Assembly (NCBI RefSeq): GCF_009914755.1
Contig: NC_060931.1
Reading direction: 5' to 3' (one strand)
Length of the DNA: 64,000 nt
From: the human T2T-CHM13v2.0 reference genome, Homo sapiens
Both the position numbers and the translations under genes were made by a program. This document shows, piece after piece, positions 1-14,000 of the stretch. The notes below the pieces were generated by a model. The model had not been told where the DNA came from and ran no database searches. It was given only the letters and a program-made list of their open reading frames with translations. Each line of letters begins with the position of its first letter. Positions within the stretch are counted from its first letter, which is position 1.

Positions 1-50
1 AACACTCTGTTTGTAAAGTCTGCAAGTGGATATATGGACCGCATTGAGGC

Positions 51-67
51 CTTCGTTGGAAACGGGA
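51..67 (+). promoter_or_regulatory. CENP-B box 1 (canonical CTTCGTTGGAAACGGGA), one per full HOR
   Basis: Exact match to the 17 bp CENP-B box, preceded by GGACCGCATTGAGG in this dimer. Absent from the two 4-mer units. Confidence 0.97.
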
Positions 68-219
68 TTTCTTCATTTCATGCTAGACAGAAGAATTCTC
101 AGTAACTTCTTTGTGCTGTGTGTATTCAACTCACAGAGTGGAACGTCCCTTTACACAGAGCAGATTTGAAACACTCTTTTTGTGCAGTTTGCAAGTGGAG
201 ATTTCAAGCGATTTGATGC

Positions 220-236
220 CAACAGTAGAAAAGGAA
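220..236 (+). promoter_or_regulatory. A-box (pJalpha-type site, degenerate) in the alternate monomers
   Basis: CAACAGTAGAAAAGGAA occupies the position homologous to the CENP-B box and keeps the AAAAGGAA end typical of A-type monomers. Protein binding is not shown. Confidence 0.55.
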
Positions 237-390
237 ATATCTTCAAATAAAAACTAGACAGAATCATTCTCAGAAACTACTTTGTGATGTGTGCCTTTAA
301 CTCACAGAGTTTAACCTTTCTTTTCTTAGAGCAGTTTAGAAACACTCTGCTTGTTATGTCTGCAAGTGGATATTTGGACCTCTTTGAGGC

Positions 391-407
391 CTTCGTTGCA
401 AACGGGG
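391..407 (+). promoter_or_regulatory. CENP-B box 2 (CTTCGTTGCAAACGGGG), core intact, one per HOR
   Basis: Fits NTTCGNNNNANNCGGGN, the nine essential positions; lies 340 bp after box 1. Confidence 0.9.
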
Positions 408-732
408 TTTCTTCCTTTAATGCTAGACTAAGAAGAGTTCTCAGTAACTTTTTTGTGTTTTGTGTATTCAACTCACAGAGTTGAACCTTGCTTTAGAGAG
501 AGCAGATTTGAAACACTCTTGCTGTGGCATTTTCAGGTGGAGATTTCAAGCGATTTGAGGACAATTGCAGAAAAGGAAATATCTTCGTATAATAACCAGA
601 CAGAATCATTCTCAGAAAGTGCTTTGTGATGTGTGCGTTCAACTCACAGAGTTTAAACTTTCTTTTCATAGAGGAGCTTGGAAACACACTGTTTGTAAAG
701 TCTGCAATTGGATATATGGACCTGTTTGAGGC

Positions 733-749
733 CTCCGTTGGAAACGGGA
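733..749 (+). promoter_or_regulatory. CENP-B box 3, here the core-breaking allele CTCCGTTGGAAACGGGA (polymorphic among HORs)
   Basis: TTCG>TCCG in the essential core. Other units (e.g. ~1415) carry the canonical allele. Lies 342 bp after box 2. Confidence 0.9.
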
Positions 750-1968
750 TTTCTTCATTGAATGCTAGACGGAAGAATTCTCAGTAAATTCTTTGTGTTG
801 TGTGCATTGAACTCACAGAGTGGAACGTCCCTTTACACAGAGCAGATTTGAAACACTCTTTTTGCGGAATTTGCAAGTGGAGATTTCTAGCCATTTGATG
901 CCAACAGTAGAAAGGGAAATATCTTCAAATAAAAACCAGACAGAATCATTCTCAGAAAATTCTTTGTGATGTGTGCCTTCAACTCACAGAGTTTAACCTT
1001 TCTTTTCTTATAGCAGTTTAGAAACACTCTGCTTGTTATGTCTGCAAGTGGATATTTGTACCTCTTTGAGGCCTTCGTTGCAAACGGGGTTTTTTCCTTT
1101 AATGCTAGACTAAGAAGAGTTCTCAGTAACTTTTTTGTGTTGTGTGTATTCAACTCACAGAGTTGAACCTTGCTTTAGAGAGAGCAGATTTGAAACACTC
1201 TTGCTGTGGCATTTTCAGGTGGAGATTTCAAGCGATTTGAGGACAATTGCAGAAAAGGAAATATCTTCGTATAATAACCAGACAGAATCATTCTCAGAAA
1301 GTGCTTTGTGATGTGTGCGTTCAACTCACAGAGTTTAACCTTTCTTTTCATAGAGGAGTTTGGAAACACACTGTTTGTAAAGTCTGCAATTGGATATATG
1401 GACCTGTTTGAGGCCTTCGTTGGAAACGGGATTTCTTCATTGAATGCTAGACGGAAGAATTCTCAGTAAATTCTTTGTGTTGTGTGCATTCAACTCACAG
1501 AGTGGAACGTCCCTTTAGACAGAGCAGATTTGAAACACTCTTTTTGCGGAATTTGCAAGTGGAGATTTCTAGCCATTTGATGCCAACAGTAGAAAGGGAA
1601 ATATCTTCAAATAAAAACCAGACAGAATCATTCTCAGAAAATTCTTTGTGATGTGTGCGTTCAACTCACATAGTTTAACCTTTCTTTTCATAGAGCAGTT
1701 TGGAAACACTCTGTTTGTAAAGTCTGCAAGTGGATCTATGGACCGCATTGAGGCCTTCGTTGGAAACGGGATTTCTTCATTTCATGCTAGACAGAAGAAT
1801 TCTCAGTAACTTCTTTGTGCTGTGTGTATTCAACTCACAGAGTGGAACGTCCCTTTACACAGAGCAGATTTGAAACACTCGTTTTGTGGAGTTTGCAAGT
1901 GGAGATTTCAAGCGATTTGATGCCAACAGTAGAAAAGGAAGTATCTTCAAATAAAAACTAGACAGAAT

Positions 1969-2990
1969 CATTCTCAGAAACTACTTTGTGATGTGTGCCT
2001 TCAACTCACAGAGTTTAACCTTTCTTTTCTTTGAGCAGCTTAGAAACACTCTGCTTGTTATGTCTGCAAGTTGATATTTGGACCTCTTTGAGGCCTTCAT
2101 TGCAAACGGGGTTTCTTCCTTTAATGCTAGACTAAGAAGAGTTCTCAGTAACTTTTTTGTGTTGTGTGTATTCAACTCACAGAGTTGAACCTTGCTTTAG
2201 AGAGAGCAGATTTGAAACACTCTTGCTGTGGCATTTTCAGGTGGAGATTTCAAGCGATTTGAGGACAATTGCAGAAAAGGAAATATCTTCGTATAATAAC
2301 CAGACAGAATCATTCTCAGAAAGTGCTTTGTGATGTGTGCGTTCAACTCACAGAGTTTAACCTTTCTTTTCATAGAGGAGTTTGGAAACACACTGTTTGT
2401 AAAGTCTGCAATTGGATATATGGACCTGTTTGAGGCCTTCGTTTGAAACGGGATTTCTTCATTGAATGCTAGACGGAAGAATTCTCAGTAAATTCTTTGT
2501 GTTGTCTGCATTCAACTCACAGAGTGGAACGTCCCTTTAGACAGAGCAGATTTGAAACACTCTTTTTGCGGAATTTGCAAGTGGAGATTTCTAGCCATTT
2601 GATGCCAACAGTAGAAAGGGAAATATCTTCAAATAAAAACCAGACAGAATCATTCTCAGAAAATTCTTTGTGATGTGTGCGTTCAACTCACATAGTTTAA
2701 CCTTTCTTTTCATAGAGCAGTTTGGAAACACTCTGTTTGTAAAGTCTGCAAGTGGATATATGGACCGCATTGAGGCCTTCGTTGGAAACGGGATTTCTTC
2801 ATTTCATGCTAGACAGAAGAATTCTCAGTAACTTCTTTGTGCTGTGTGTATTCAACTCACAGAGTGGAACGTCCCTTTGCACAGAGCAGATTTGAAACAC
2901 TCTTTTTGTGGAGTTTGCAAGTGGAGATTTCAAGCGATTTGATGCCAACAGTAGAAAAGGAAATATCTTCAAATAAAAACTAGACAGAAT
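1969..2990 (+). repeat. Example full-length 6-mer HOR unit (1022 bp, phased on CATTCTCAGAAACTAC)
   Basis: Three dimers start CATTCTCAGAAACTAC, CATTCTCAGAAAGTGC and CATTCTCAGAAAATTC; the next unit starts at 2991. Confidence 0.95.
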
Positions 2991-5900
2991 CATTCTCAGA
3001 AACTACTTTGTGATGTGTGCCTTCAACTCACAGAGTTTAACCTTTCTTTTCTTAGAGCAGTTTAGAAACACTCTGCTTGTTATGTCTGCAAGTTGATATT
3101 TGGACCTCTTTGAGGCCTTCGTTGCAAACGGGGTTTCTTCCTTTAATGCTAGACTAAGAAGAGTTCTCAGTAACTTTTTTGTGTTGTGTGTATTCAACTC
3201 ACAGAGTTGAACCTTGCTTTAGAGAGAGCAGATTTGAAACACTCTTGCTGTGGCATTTTCAGGTGGAGATTTCAAGCGATTTGAGGACAATTGCAGAAAA
3301 GGAAATATCTTCGTATAATAACCAGACAGAATCATTCTCAGAAAGTGCTTTGTGATGTGTGCGTTCAACTCACAGAGTTTAACCTTTCTTTTCATAGAGG
3401 AGTTTGGAAACACACTGTTTGTAAAGTCTGCAATTGGATATATGGACCTGTTTGAGGCCTTCGTTGGAAACGGGATTTCTTCATTGAATGCTAGACGGAA
3501 GAATTCTCAGTAAATTCTTTGTGTTGTGTGCATTCAACTCACAGAGTGGAACGTCCCTTTAGACAGAGCAGATTTGAAACACTCTTTTTGCGGAATTTGC
3601 AAGTGGAGATTTCTAGCCATTTGTTGCCAACAGTAGAAAGGGAAATATCTTCAAATAAAAACCAGACAGAATCATTCTCAGAAAATTCTTTGTGATGTGT
3701 GCTTTCAACTCACATAGTTTAACCTTTCTTTTCATAGAGCAGTTTGGAAACACTCTGTTTGTAAAGTCTGCAAGTGGATATATGGACCGCATTGAGGCCT
3801 TCGTTGGAAAAGGGATTTCTTCATTTCATGCTAGACAGAAGAATTCTCAGTAACTTCTTTGTGCTGTGTGTATTCAACTCACAGAGTGGAACGTCCCTTT
3901 GCACAGAGCAGATTTGAAACACTCTTTTTGTGGAGTTTGCAAGTGGAGATTTCAAGCGATTTGATGCCAACAGTAGAAAAGGAAATATCTTCAAATAAAA
4001 ACTAGACAGAATCATTCTCAGAAACTACTTTGTGATGTGTGCCTTTAACTCACAGAGTTTAACCTTTCTTTTCTTAGAGCAGTTTAGAAACACTCTGCTT
4101 GTTATGTCTGCAAGTGGATATTTGGACCTCTTTGAGGCCTTCGTTGCAAACGGGGTTTCTTCCTTTCATGCTAGACTAAGAAGAGTTCTCAGTAACTTTT
4201 TTGTGTTGTGTGTATTCAACTCACAGAGTTGAACCTTGCTTTAGAGAGAGCAGATTTGAAACACTCTTGCTGTGGCATTTTCAGGTGGAGATTTCAAGCG
4301 ATTTGAGGACAATTGCAGAAAAGGAAATATCTTCGTATAATAACCAGACAGAATCATTCTCAGAAAGTGCTTTGTGATGTGTGCGTTCAACTCACAGAGT
4401 TTAACCTTTCTTTTCATAGAGGAGTTTGGAAACACACTGTTTGTAAAGTCTGCAATTGGATATATGGACCTGTTTGAGGCCTCCGTTGGAAACGGGATTT
4501 CTTCATTGAATGCTAGACGGAAGAATTCTCAGTAAATTCTTTGTGTTGTGTGCATTCAACTCACAGAGTGGAACGTCCCTTTAGACAGAGCAGATTTGAA
4601 ACACTCTTTTTGCGGAATTTGCAAGTGGAGATTTCTAGCCATTTGATGCCAACAGTAGAAAGGGAAATATCTTCAAATAAAAACCAGACAGAATCATTCT
4701 CAGAAAATTCTTTGTGATGTGTGCGTTCAACTCACATAGTTTAACCTTTCTTTTCATAGAGCAGTTTGGAAACACTCTGTTTGTAAAGTCTGCAAGTGGA
4801 TATATGGACCGCATTGAGGCCTTCGTTGGAAACGGGATTTCTTCATTTCATGCTAGACAGAAGAATTCTCAGTAACTTCTTTGTGCTGTGTGTATTCAAC
4901 TCACAGAGTGGAACGTCCCTTTGCACAGAGCAGATTTGAAACACTCTTTTTGTGGAGTTTGCAAGTGGAGATTTCAAGCGATTTGATGCCAACAGTAGAA
5001 AAGGAAATATCTTCAAATAAAAACTAGACAGAATCATTCTCAGAAACTACTTTGTGATGTGTGCCTTCAACTCACAGAGTTTAACCTTTCTTTTCTTAGA
5101 GCAGTTTAGAAACACTCTGCTTGTTATGTCTGCAAGTGGATATTTGGACCTCTTTGAGGCCTTCGTTGCAAACGGGGTTTCTTCCTTTAATGCTAGACTA
5201 AGAAGAGTTCTCAGCAACTTTTTTGTGTTGTGTGTATTCAACTCAAAGAGTTGAACCTTGCTTTAGAGAGAGCAGATTTGAAACACTCTTGCTGTGGAAT
5301 TTTCAGGTGGAGATTTCAAGCGATTTGAGGACAATTGCAGAAAAAGAAATATCTTCGTATAATAACCAGACAGAATCATTCTCAGAAAGTGCTTTGTGAT
5401 GTGTGCGTTCAACTCACAGAGTTTAACCTTTCTTTTCATAGAGGAGCTTGGAAACACACTGTAAAGTCTGCAATTGGATATATGGACCTGTTTGAGGCCT
5501 CCGTTGGAAACGGGATTTCTTCATTGAATGCTAGACGGAAGAATTCTCAGTAAATTCTTTGTGTTGTGTGCATTGAACTCACAGAGTGGAACGTCCCTTT
5601 ACACAGAGCAGATTTGAAACACTCTTTTTGCGGAATTTGCAAGTGGAGATTTCTAGCCATTTGATGCCAACAGTAGAAAGGAAAATATCTTCAAATAAAA
5701 ACCAGACAGAATCATTCTCAGAAAATTCTTTGTGATGTGTGCGTTCAACTCACAGAGTTTAACCTTTCTTTTCATAGAGCAGTTTGGAAACACTCTGTTT
5801 GTAAAGTCTGCAAGTGGATCTATGGACCGCATTGAGGCCTTCGTTGGAAACGGGATTTCTTCATTTCATGCTAGACAGAAGAATTCTCAGTAACTTCTTT

Positions 5901-8900
5901 GTGCTGTGTGTATTCAACTCACAGAGTGGAACGTCCCTTTGCACAGAGCAGATTTGAAACACTCTTTTTGTGGAGTTTGCAAGTGGAGATTTCAAGCGAT
6001 TTGATGCCAACAGTAGAAAAGGAAATATCTTCAAATAAAAACTAGACAGAATCATTCTCAGAAACTACTTTGTGATGTGTGCCTTTAACTCACAGAGTTT
6101 AACCTTTCTTTTCTTGGAGCAGTTTAGAAACACTCTGCTTGTTATGTCTGCAAGTGGATATTTGGACCTCTTTGAGGCCTTCGTTGCAAACGGGGTTTCT
6201 TCCTTTAATGCTAGACTAAGAAGAGTTCTCAGTAACTTTTTTGTGTTGTGTGTATTCAACTCACAGAGTTGAACCTTGCTTTAGAGAGAGCAGATTTGAA
6301 ACACTCTCGCTGTGGAATTTTCAGGTGGAGATTTCAAGCGATTTGAGGACAATTGCAGAAAAGGAAATATCTTCGTATAATTACCAGACAGAATCATTCT
6401 CAGAAAGTGCTTTGGGTTGTGTGCGTTCAACTCACAGAGTTTAACCTTTCTTTTCATAGAGGAGTTTGGAAACACACTGTTTGTAAAGTCTGCAATTGGA
6501 TATATGGACCTGTTTGAGGCCTCCGTTGGAAACGGGATTTCTTCATTGAATGCTAGACGGAAGAATTCTCAGTAAATTCTTTGTGTTGTGTGCATTCAAC
6601 TCACAGAGTGGAACGTCCCTTTAGACAGAGCAGATTTGAAACTCTCTTTTTGCGGAATTTGCAAGTGGAGATTTCTAGCCATTTGATGCCAACAGTAGAA
6701 AGGGAAATATCTTCAAATAAAAACCAGACAGAATCATTCTCAGAAAATTCTTTGTGATGTGTGCGTTCAACTCACATAGTTTAACCTTTCTTTTCATAGA
6801 GCAGTTTGGAAACACTCTGTTTGTAAAGTCTGCAAGTGGATATATGGACCGCATTGAGGCCTTCGTTGGAAACGGGATTTCTTCATTTCATGCTAGACAG
6901 AAGAATTCTCAGTAACTTCTTTGTGCTGTGTGTATTCAACTCACAGAGTGGAACATCCCTTTGCACAGAGCAGATTTGAAACACTCTTTTTGTGGAGTTT
7001 GCAAGTGGAGATTTCAAGCGATTTGATGCCAACAGTAGAAAAGGAAATATCTTCAAATAAAAACTAGACAGAATCATTCTCAGAAACTACTTTGTGATGT
7101 GTGCCTTCAACTCACAGAGTTTAACCTTTCTTTTCTTAGAGCAGTTTAGAATCACTCTGCTTGTTATGTCTGCAAGTGGATATTTGGACCTCTTTGAGGC
7201 CTTCGTTGCAAACGGGGTTTCTTCCTTTAATGCTAGACTAAGAAGAGTTCTCAGTAACTTTTTTGTGTTGTGTGTATTCAACTCACAGATTGAACCTTGC
7301 TTTAGAGAGAGCAGATTTGAAACACTCTCGCTGTGGAATTTTCAGGTGGAGATTTCAAGCGATTTGAGGACAATTGCAGAAAAGGAAATATCTTCGTATA
7401 ATAACCAGACAGAATCATTCTCAGAAAGTGCTTTGTGATGTGTGCGTTCAACTCACAGAGTTTAACCTTTCTTTTCATAGAGGAGTTTGGAAACACACTG
7501 TTTGTAAAGTCTGCAATTGGATATATGGACCTGTTTGAGGTCTTCGTTGGAAACGGGATTTCTTCATTGAATGCTAGACGGAAGAATTCTCAGTAAATTC
7601 TTTGTGTTGTGTGCATTCAACTCACAGAGTGGAACGTCCCTTTAGACAGAGCAGATTTGAAACACTCTTTTTGCGGAATTTGCAAGTGGAGATTTCTAGC
7701 CATTTGATGCCAACAGTAGAAAGGGAAATATCTTCAAATAAAAACCAGACAGAATCGTTCTCAGAAAATTCTTTGTGATGTGTGCGTTCAACTCACATAG
7801 TTTAACCTTTCTTTTCATAGAGCAGTTTGGAAACACTCTGTTTGTAAAGTCTGCAAGTGGATATATGGACCGCATTGAGGCCTTCGTTGGAAACGGGATT
7901 TCTTCATTTCATGCTAGACAGAAGAATTCTCAGTAACTTCTTTGTGCTGTGTGTATTCAACTCACAGAGTGGAACGTCCCTTTACACAGAGCAGATTTGA
8001 AACACTCTTTTTGTGGAGTTTGCAAGTGGAGATTTCAAGCGATTTGATGCCAACAGTAGAAAAGGAAATATCTTCAAATAAAAACTAGACAGAATCATTC
8101 TCAGAAACTACTTTGTGATGTGTGCCTTCAACTCACAGAGTTTAACCTTTCTTTTCTTAGAGCAGTTTAGAAACACTCTGCTTGTTATGTCTGCAAGTGG
8201 ATATTTGGACCTCTTTGAGGCCTTCGTTGCAAACGGGGTTTCTTCCTTTCATGCTAGACTAAGAAGAGTTCTCAGTAACTTTTTTGTGTTGTGTGTATTC
8301 AACTCACAGAGTTGAACCTTGCTTTAGAGAGAGCAGATTTGAAACACTCTCGCTGTGGCATTTTCAGGTGGAGATTTCAAGCGATTTGAGGACAATTGCA
8401 GAAAAGGAAATATCTTCGTATAATAACCAGACAGAATCATTCTCAGAAAGTGCTTTGTGATGTGTGCGTTCAACTCACAGAGTTTAACCTTTCTTTTCAT
8501 AGAGGAGTTTGGAAACACACTGTTTGTAAAGTCTGCAAGTGGATATATGGACCTGTTTGAGGCCTTCGTTGGAAACGGGATTTCTTCATTGAATGCTAGA
8601 CGGAAGAATTCTCAGTAAATTCTTTGTGTTGTGTGCATTCAACTCACAGAGTGGAACGTCCCTTTAGACAGAGCAGATTTGAAACACTCTTTTTGCGGAA
8701 TTTGCAAGTGGAGATTTCTAGCCATTTGATGCCAACAGTAGAAAGGGAAATATCTTCAAATAAAAACCAGACAGAATCATTCTCAGAAAATGCTTTGTGA
8801 TGTGTGCGTTCAACTCACATAGTTTAACCTTTCTTTTCATAGTGCAGTTTGGAAACACTCTGTTTGTAAAGTCTGCAAGTGGATATATGGACCGCATTGA

Positions 8901-10151
8901 GGCCTTCGTTGGAAACGGGATTTCTTCATTTCATGCTACACAGAAGAATTCTCAGTAACTTCTTTGTGCTGTGTGTATTCAACTCACAGAGTGGAACGTC
9001 CCTTTGCACAGAGCAGATTTGAAACACTCTTTTTGTGGAGTTTGCAAGTGGAGATTTCAAGCGATTTGATGCCAATAGTAGAAAAGGAAATATCTTCAAA
9101 TAAAAACTAGACAGAATCATTCTCAGAAACTACTTTGTGATGTGTGCCTTCAACTCACAGAGTTTAACCTTTCTTTTCTTAGAGCAGTTTAGAAACACTC
9201 TGCTTGTTATGTCTGCAAGTGGATATTTGGACCTCTTTGAGGCCTTCGTTGCAAACGGGGTTTCTTCCTTTAATGCTAGACTAAGAAGAGTTCTCAGTAA
9301 CTTTTTTGTGTTGTGTGTATTCAACTCACAGAGTTGAACCTTGCTTTAGAGAGAGCAGATTTGAAACACTCTTGCTGTGGAATTTTCAGGTGGAGATTTC
9401 AAGCGATTTGAGGACAATTGCAGAAAAGGAAATATCTTCGTATAATAACCAGACAGAATCATTCTCAGAAAGTGCTTTGTGATGTGTGCGTTCAACTCAC
9501 AGAGTTTAACCTTTCTTTTCATAGAGGAGCTTTGAAACACACTGTTTGTAAAGTCTGCAATTGGATATATGGACCTGTTTGAGGCCTCCGTTGGAAACGG
9601 GATTTCTTCATTGAATGCTAGACGGAAGAATTCTCAGTAAATTCTTTGTGTTGTGTGCATTCAACTCACAGAGTGGAACGTCCCTTTAGACAGAGCAGAT
9701 TTGAAACACTCTTTTTGCGGAATTTGCAAGTGGAGATTTCTAGCCATTTGATGCCAACAGTAGAAAGGGAAATATCTTCAAATAAAAACCAGACAGAATC
9801 ATTCTCAGAAAATTCTTTGTGATGTGTGCGTTCAACTCACATAGTTTAACCTTTCTTTTCATAGAGCAGTTTGGAAACACTCTGTTTGTAAAGTCTGCAA
9901 GTGGATATATGGACCGCATTGAGGCCTTCGTTGGAAACGGGATTTCTTCATTTCATGCTAGACAGAAGAATTCTCAGTAACTTCTTTGTGCTGTGTGTAT
10001 TCAACTCACAGAGTGGAACGTCCCTTTGCACAGAGCAGATTTGAAACACTCTTTTTGTGGAGTTTGCAAGTGGAGATTTCAAGCGATTTGATGCCAACAG
10101 TAGAAAAGGAAATATCTTCAAATAAAAACTAGACAGAATCATTCTCAGAAA

Positions 10152-13100
10152 CTACTTTGTGATGTGTGCCTTCAACTCACAGAGTTTAACCTTTCTTTTC
10201 TTAGAGCAGTTTAGAAACACTCTGCTTGTTATGTCTGCAAGTGGATATTTGGACCTCTTTGAGGCCTTCGTTGCAAACGGGGTTTCTTCCTTTAATGCTA
10301 GACTAAGAACAGTTCTCAGTAACTTTTTTGTGTTGTGTGTATTCAACTCACAGAGTTGAACCTTGCTTTAGAGAGAGCAGATTTGAAACACTCTCGCTGT
10401 GGAATTTTCAGGTGGAGATTTCAAGCGATTTGAGGACAATTGCAGAAAAGGAAATATCTTCGTATAATAACCAGACAGAATCATTCTCAGAAAGTGCTTT
10501 GTGATGTGTGCGTTCAACTCACAGAGTTTAACCTTTCTTTTCATAGAGGAGTTTGGAAACACACTGTTTGTAAAGTCTGCAATTGGATATATGGACCTGT
10601 TTGAGGCCTTCGTTGGAAACGGGATTTCTTCATTGAATGCTAGACGGAAGAATTCTCAGTAAATTCTTTGTGTTGTGTGCATTCAACTCACAGAGTGGAA
10701 CGTCCCTTTAGACAGAGCAGATTTGAAACACTCTTTTTGCGGAATTTGCAAGTGGAGATTTCTAGCCATTTGATGCCAACAGTAGAAAGGGAAATATCTT
10801 CAAATAAAAACCAGACAGAATCATTCTCAGAAAATTCTTTGTGATGTGTGCGTTCAACTCACATAGTTTAACCTTTCTTTTCATAGAGCAGTTTGGAAAC
10901 ACTCTGTTTGTAAAGTCTGCAAGTGGATATATGGACCGCATTGAGGCCTTCGTTGGAAACGGGATTTCTTCATTTCATGCTAGACAGAAGAATTCTCAGT
11001 AACTTCTTTGTGCTGTGTGTATTCAACTCACAGAGTGGAACGTCCCTTTGCACAGAGCAGATTTGAAACACTCTTTTTGTGGAGTTTGCAAGTGGAGATT
11101 TCAAGCGATTTAATGCCAACAGTAGGAAAGGAAATATCTTCAAATAAAAACTAGACAGAATCATTCTCAGAAACTACTTTGTGATGTGTGCCTTCAACTC
11201 ACAGAGTTTAACCTTTCTTTTCTTAGAGCAGTTTAGAAACACTCTGCTTGATATGTCTGCAAGTGGATATTTGGACCTCTTTGAGGCCTTCGTTGCAAAC
11301 AGGGTTTCTTCCTTTAATGCTAGACTAAGAAGAGTTCTCAGTAACTTTTTTGTATTGTGTGTATTCAACTCACAGAGTTGAACCTTGCTTTAGAGAGAGC
11401 AGATTTGAAACACTCTTGCTGTGGCATTTTCAGGTGGAGATTTCAAGCGATTTGAGGACAATTGCAGAAAAGGAAATATCTTCGTATAATAACCAGACAG
11501 AATCATTCTCAGAAAGTGCTTTGTGATGTGTGCGTTCAACTCACAGAGTTTAACCTTTCTTTTCATAGAGGAGTTTGGAAACACACTGTTTGTAAAGTCT
11601 GCAATTGGATATATGGACCTGTTTGAGGCCTTCGTTTGAAACGGGATTTCTTCATTGAATGCTAGACGGAAGAATTCTCAGTAAATTCTTTGTGTTGTGT
11701 GCATTCAACTCACAGAGTGGAACGTCCCTTTAGACAGAGCAGATTTGAAACACTCTTTTTGCGGAATTTGCAAGTGGAGATTTCTAGCCATTTGATGCCA
11801 ACAGTAGAAAGGGAAATATCTTCAAATAAATACCAGACAGAATCATTCTCAGAAAATTCTTTGTGATGTGTGCGTTCAACTCACATAGTTTAACCTTTCT
11901 TTTCATAGAGCAGTTTGGAAACACTCTGTTTGTAAAGTCTGCAAGTGGATATATGGACCGCATTGAGGCCTTCGTTGGAAACGGGATTTCTTCATTTCAT
12001 GCTAGACAGAAGAATTCTCAGTAACTTCTTTGTGCTGTGTGTATTCAACTCACAGAGTGGAACGTCCCTTTGCACAGAGCAGATTTGAAACACTCTTTTT
12101 ATGGAGTTTGCAAGTGGAGATTTCAAGCGATTTGATGCCAACAGTAGAAAAGGAAATATCTTCAAATAAAAACTAGACAGAATCATTCTCAGAAACTACT
12201 TTGTGATGTGTGCCTTCAACTCACAGAGTTTAACCTTTCTTTTCTTAGAGCAGTTTAGAAACACTCTGCTTGTTATGTCTGCAAGTGGATATTTGGACCT
12301 CTTTGAGGCCTTCGTTGCAAACGGGGTTTCTTCCTTTAATGCTAGACTAAGAAGAGTTCTCAGTAACTTTTTTGTGTTGTGTGTATTCAACTCACAGAGT
12401 TGAACCTTGCTTTAGAGAGAGCAGATTTGAAACACTCTCGCTGTGGAATTTTCAGGTGGAGATTTCAAGCGATTTGAGGACAATTGCAGAAAAGGAAATA
12501 TCTTCGTATAATAACCAGACAGAATCATTCTCAGAAAGTGCTTTGTGATGTGTGCGTTCAACTCACAGAGTTTAACCTTTCTTTTCATAGAGGAGTTTGG
12601 AAACACACTGTTTGTAAAGTCTGCAATTGGATATATGGACCTGTTTGAGGCCTTCGTTGGAAACGGGATTTCTTCATTGAATGCTAGACGGAAGAATTCT
12701 CAGTAAATTCTTTGTGTTGTGTGCATTCAACTCACAGAGTGGAACGTCCCTTTAGACAGAGCAGATTTGAAACACTCTTTTTGCGGAATTTGCAAGTGGA
12801 GATTTCTAGCCATTTGATGCCAACAGTAGAAAGGGAAATATCTTCAAATAAAAACCAGACAGAATCATTCTCAGAAAATTCTTTGTGATGTGTGCGTTCA
12901 ACTCACATAGTTTAACCTTTCTTTTCATAGAGCAGTTTGGAAACACTCTGTTTGTAAAGTCTGCAAGTGGATATATGGACCGCTTTGAGGCCTTCGTTGG
13001 AAACGGGATTTCTTCATTTCATGCTAGACAGAAGAATTCTCAGTAACTTCTTTGTGCTGTGTGTATTCAACTCACAGAGTGGAACGTCCCTTTGCACAGA

Positions 13101-14000
13101 GCAGATTTGAAACACTCTTTTTGTGGAGTTTGCAAGTGGAGATTTCAAGCGATTTAATGCCAACAGTAGGAAAGGAAATATCTTCAAATAAAAACTAGAC
13201 AGAATCATTCTCAGAAACTACTTTGTGATGTGTGCCTTCAACTCACAGAGTTTAACCTTTCTTTTCTTAGAGCAGTTTAGAAACACTCTGCTTGTTATGT
13301 CTGCAAGTGGATATTTGGACCTCTTTGAGGCCTTCGTTGCAAACAGGGTTTCTTCCTTTAATGCTAGACTAAGAAGAGTTCTCAGTAACTTTTTTGTGTT
13401 GTGTGTATTCAACTCACAGAGTTGAACCTTGCTTTAGAGAGAGCAGATTTGAAACACTCTTGCTGTGGCATTTTCAGGTGGAGATTTCAAGCGATTTGAG
13501 GACAATTGCAGAAAAGGAAATATCTTCGTATAATAACCAGACAGAATCATTCTCAGAAAGTGCTTTGTGATGTGTGCGTTCAACTCACAGAGTTTAACCT
13601 TTCTTTTCATAGAGGAGTTTGGAAACACACTGTTTGTAAAGTCTGCAATTGGATATATGGACCTGTTTGAGGCCTTCGTTGGAAACGGGATTTCTTCATT
13701 GAATGCTAGACGGAAGAATTCTCAGTAAATTCTTTGTGTTGTGTGCATTCAACTCACAGAGTGGAACGTCCCTTTAGACAGAGCAGATTTGAAACACTCT
13801 TTTTGCGGAATTTGCAAGTGGAGATTTCTAGCCATTTGATGCCAACAGTAGAAAGGGAAATATCTTCAAATAAAAACCAGACAGAATCATTCTCAGAAAA
13901 TTCTTTGTGATGTGTGCGTTCAACTCACATAGTTTAACCTTTCTTTTCATAGAGCAGTTTGGAAACACTCTGTTTGTAAAGTCTGCAAGTGGATATATGG
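10152..14000 (+). repeat. Tandem duplication of a 2-HOR block (period 2044 bp)
   Basis: Private variants TTTAATGCC, AGTAGGAAAG and GCAAACAGGG occur at ~11111-11301 and again at ~13155-13345. Confidence 0.85.

Larger units (their letters stand above)
265..946 (+). repeat. 4-mer HOR structural variant (682 bp; one 340 bp dimer missing)
   Basis: ORF step 493 to 1175 = 682. A hybrid monomer begins at 947: CAGAAAATTCTTTGTGATGTGTGC joins CTTCAACTCACAGAG...GCAGTTTAGAAACACTCTGCTTG. Confidence 0.95.

Noticed and set aside
588-593. TATAAT hexamer (bacterial -10-like) once per HOR
   Set aside because: It is an incidental AT-rich motif in eukaryotic satellite DNA with no promoter context.
7094-7438. 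Longest ORF (114 aa), and the 88 aa ORFs at 887 and 19956
   Set aside because: These result from the 1 bp deletion at ~7290 and from the 4-mer junctions fusing frames; nothing suggests coding function.
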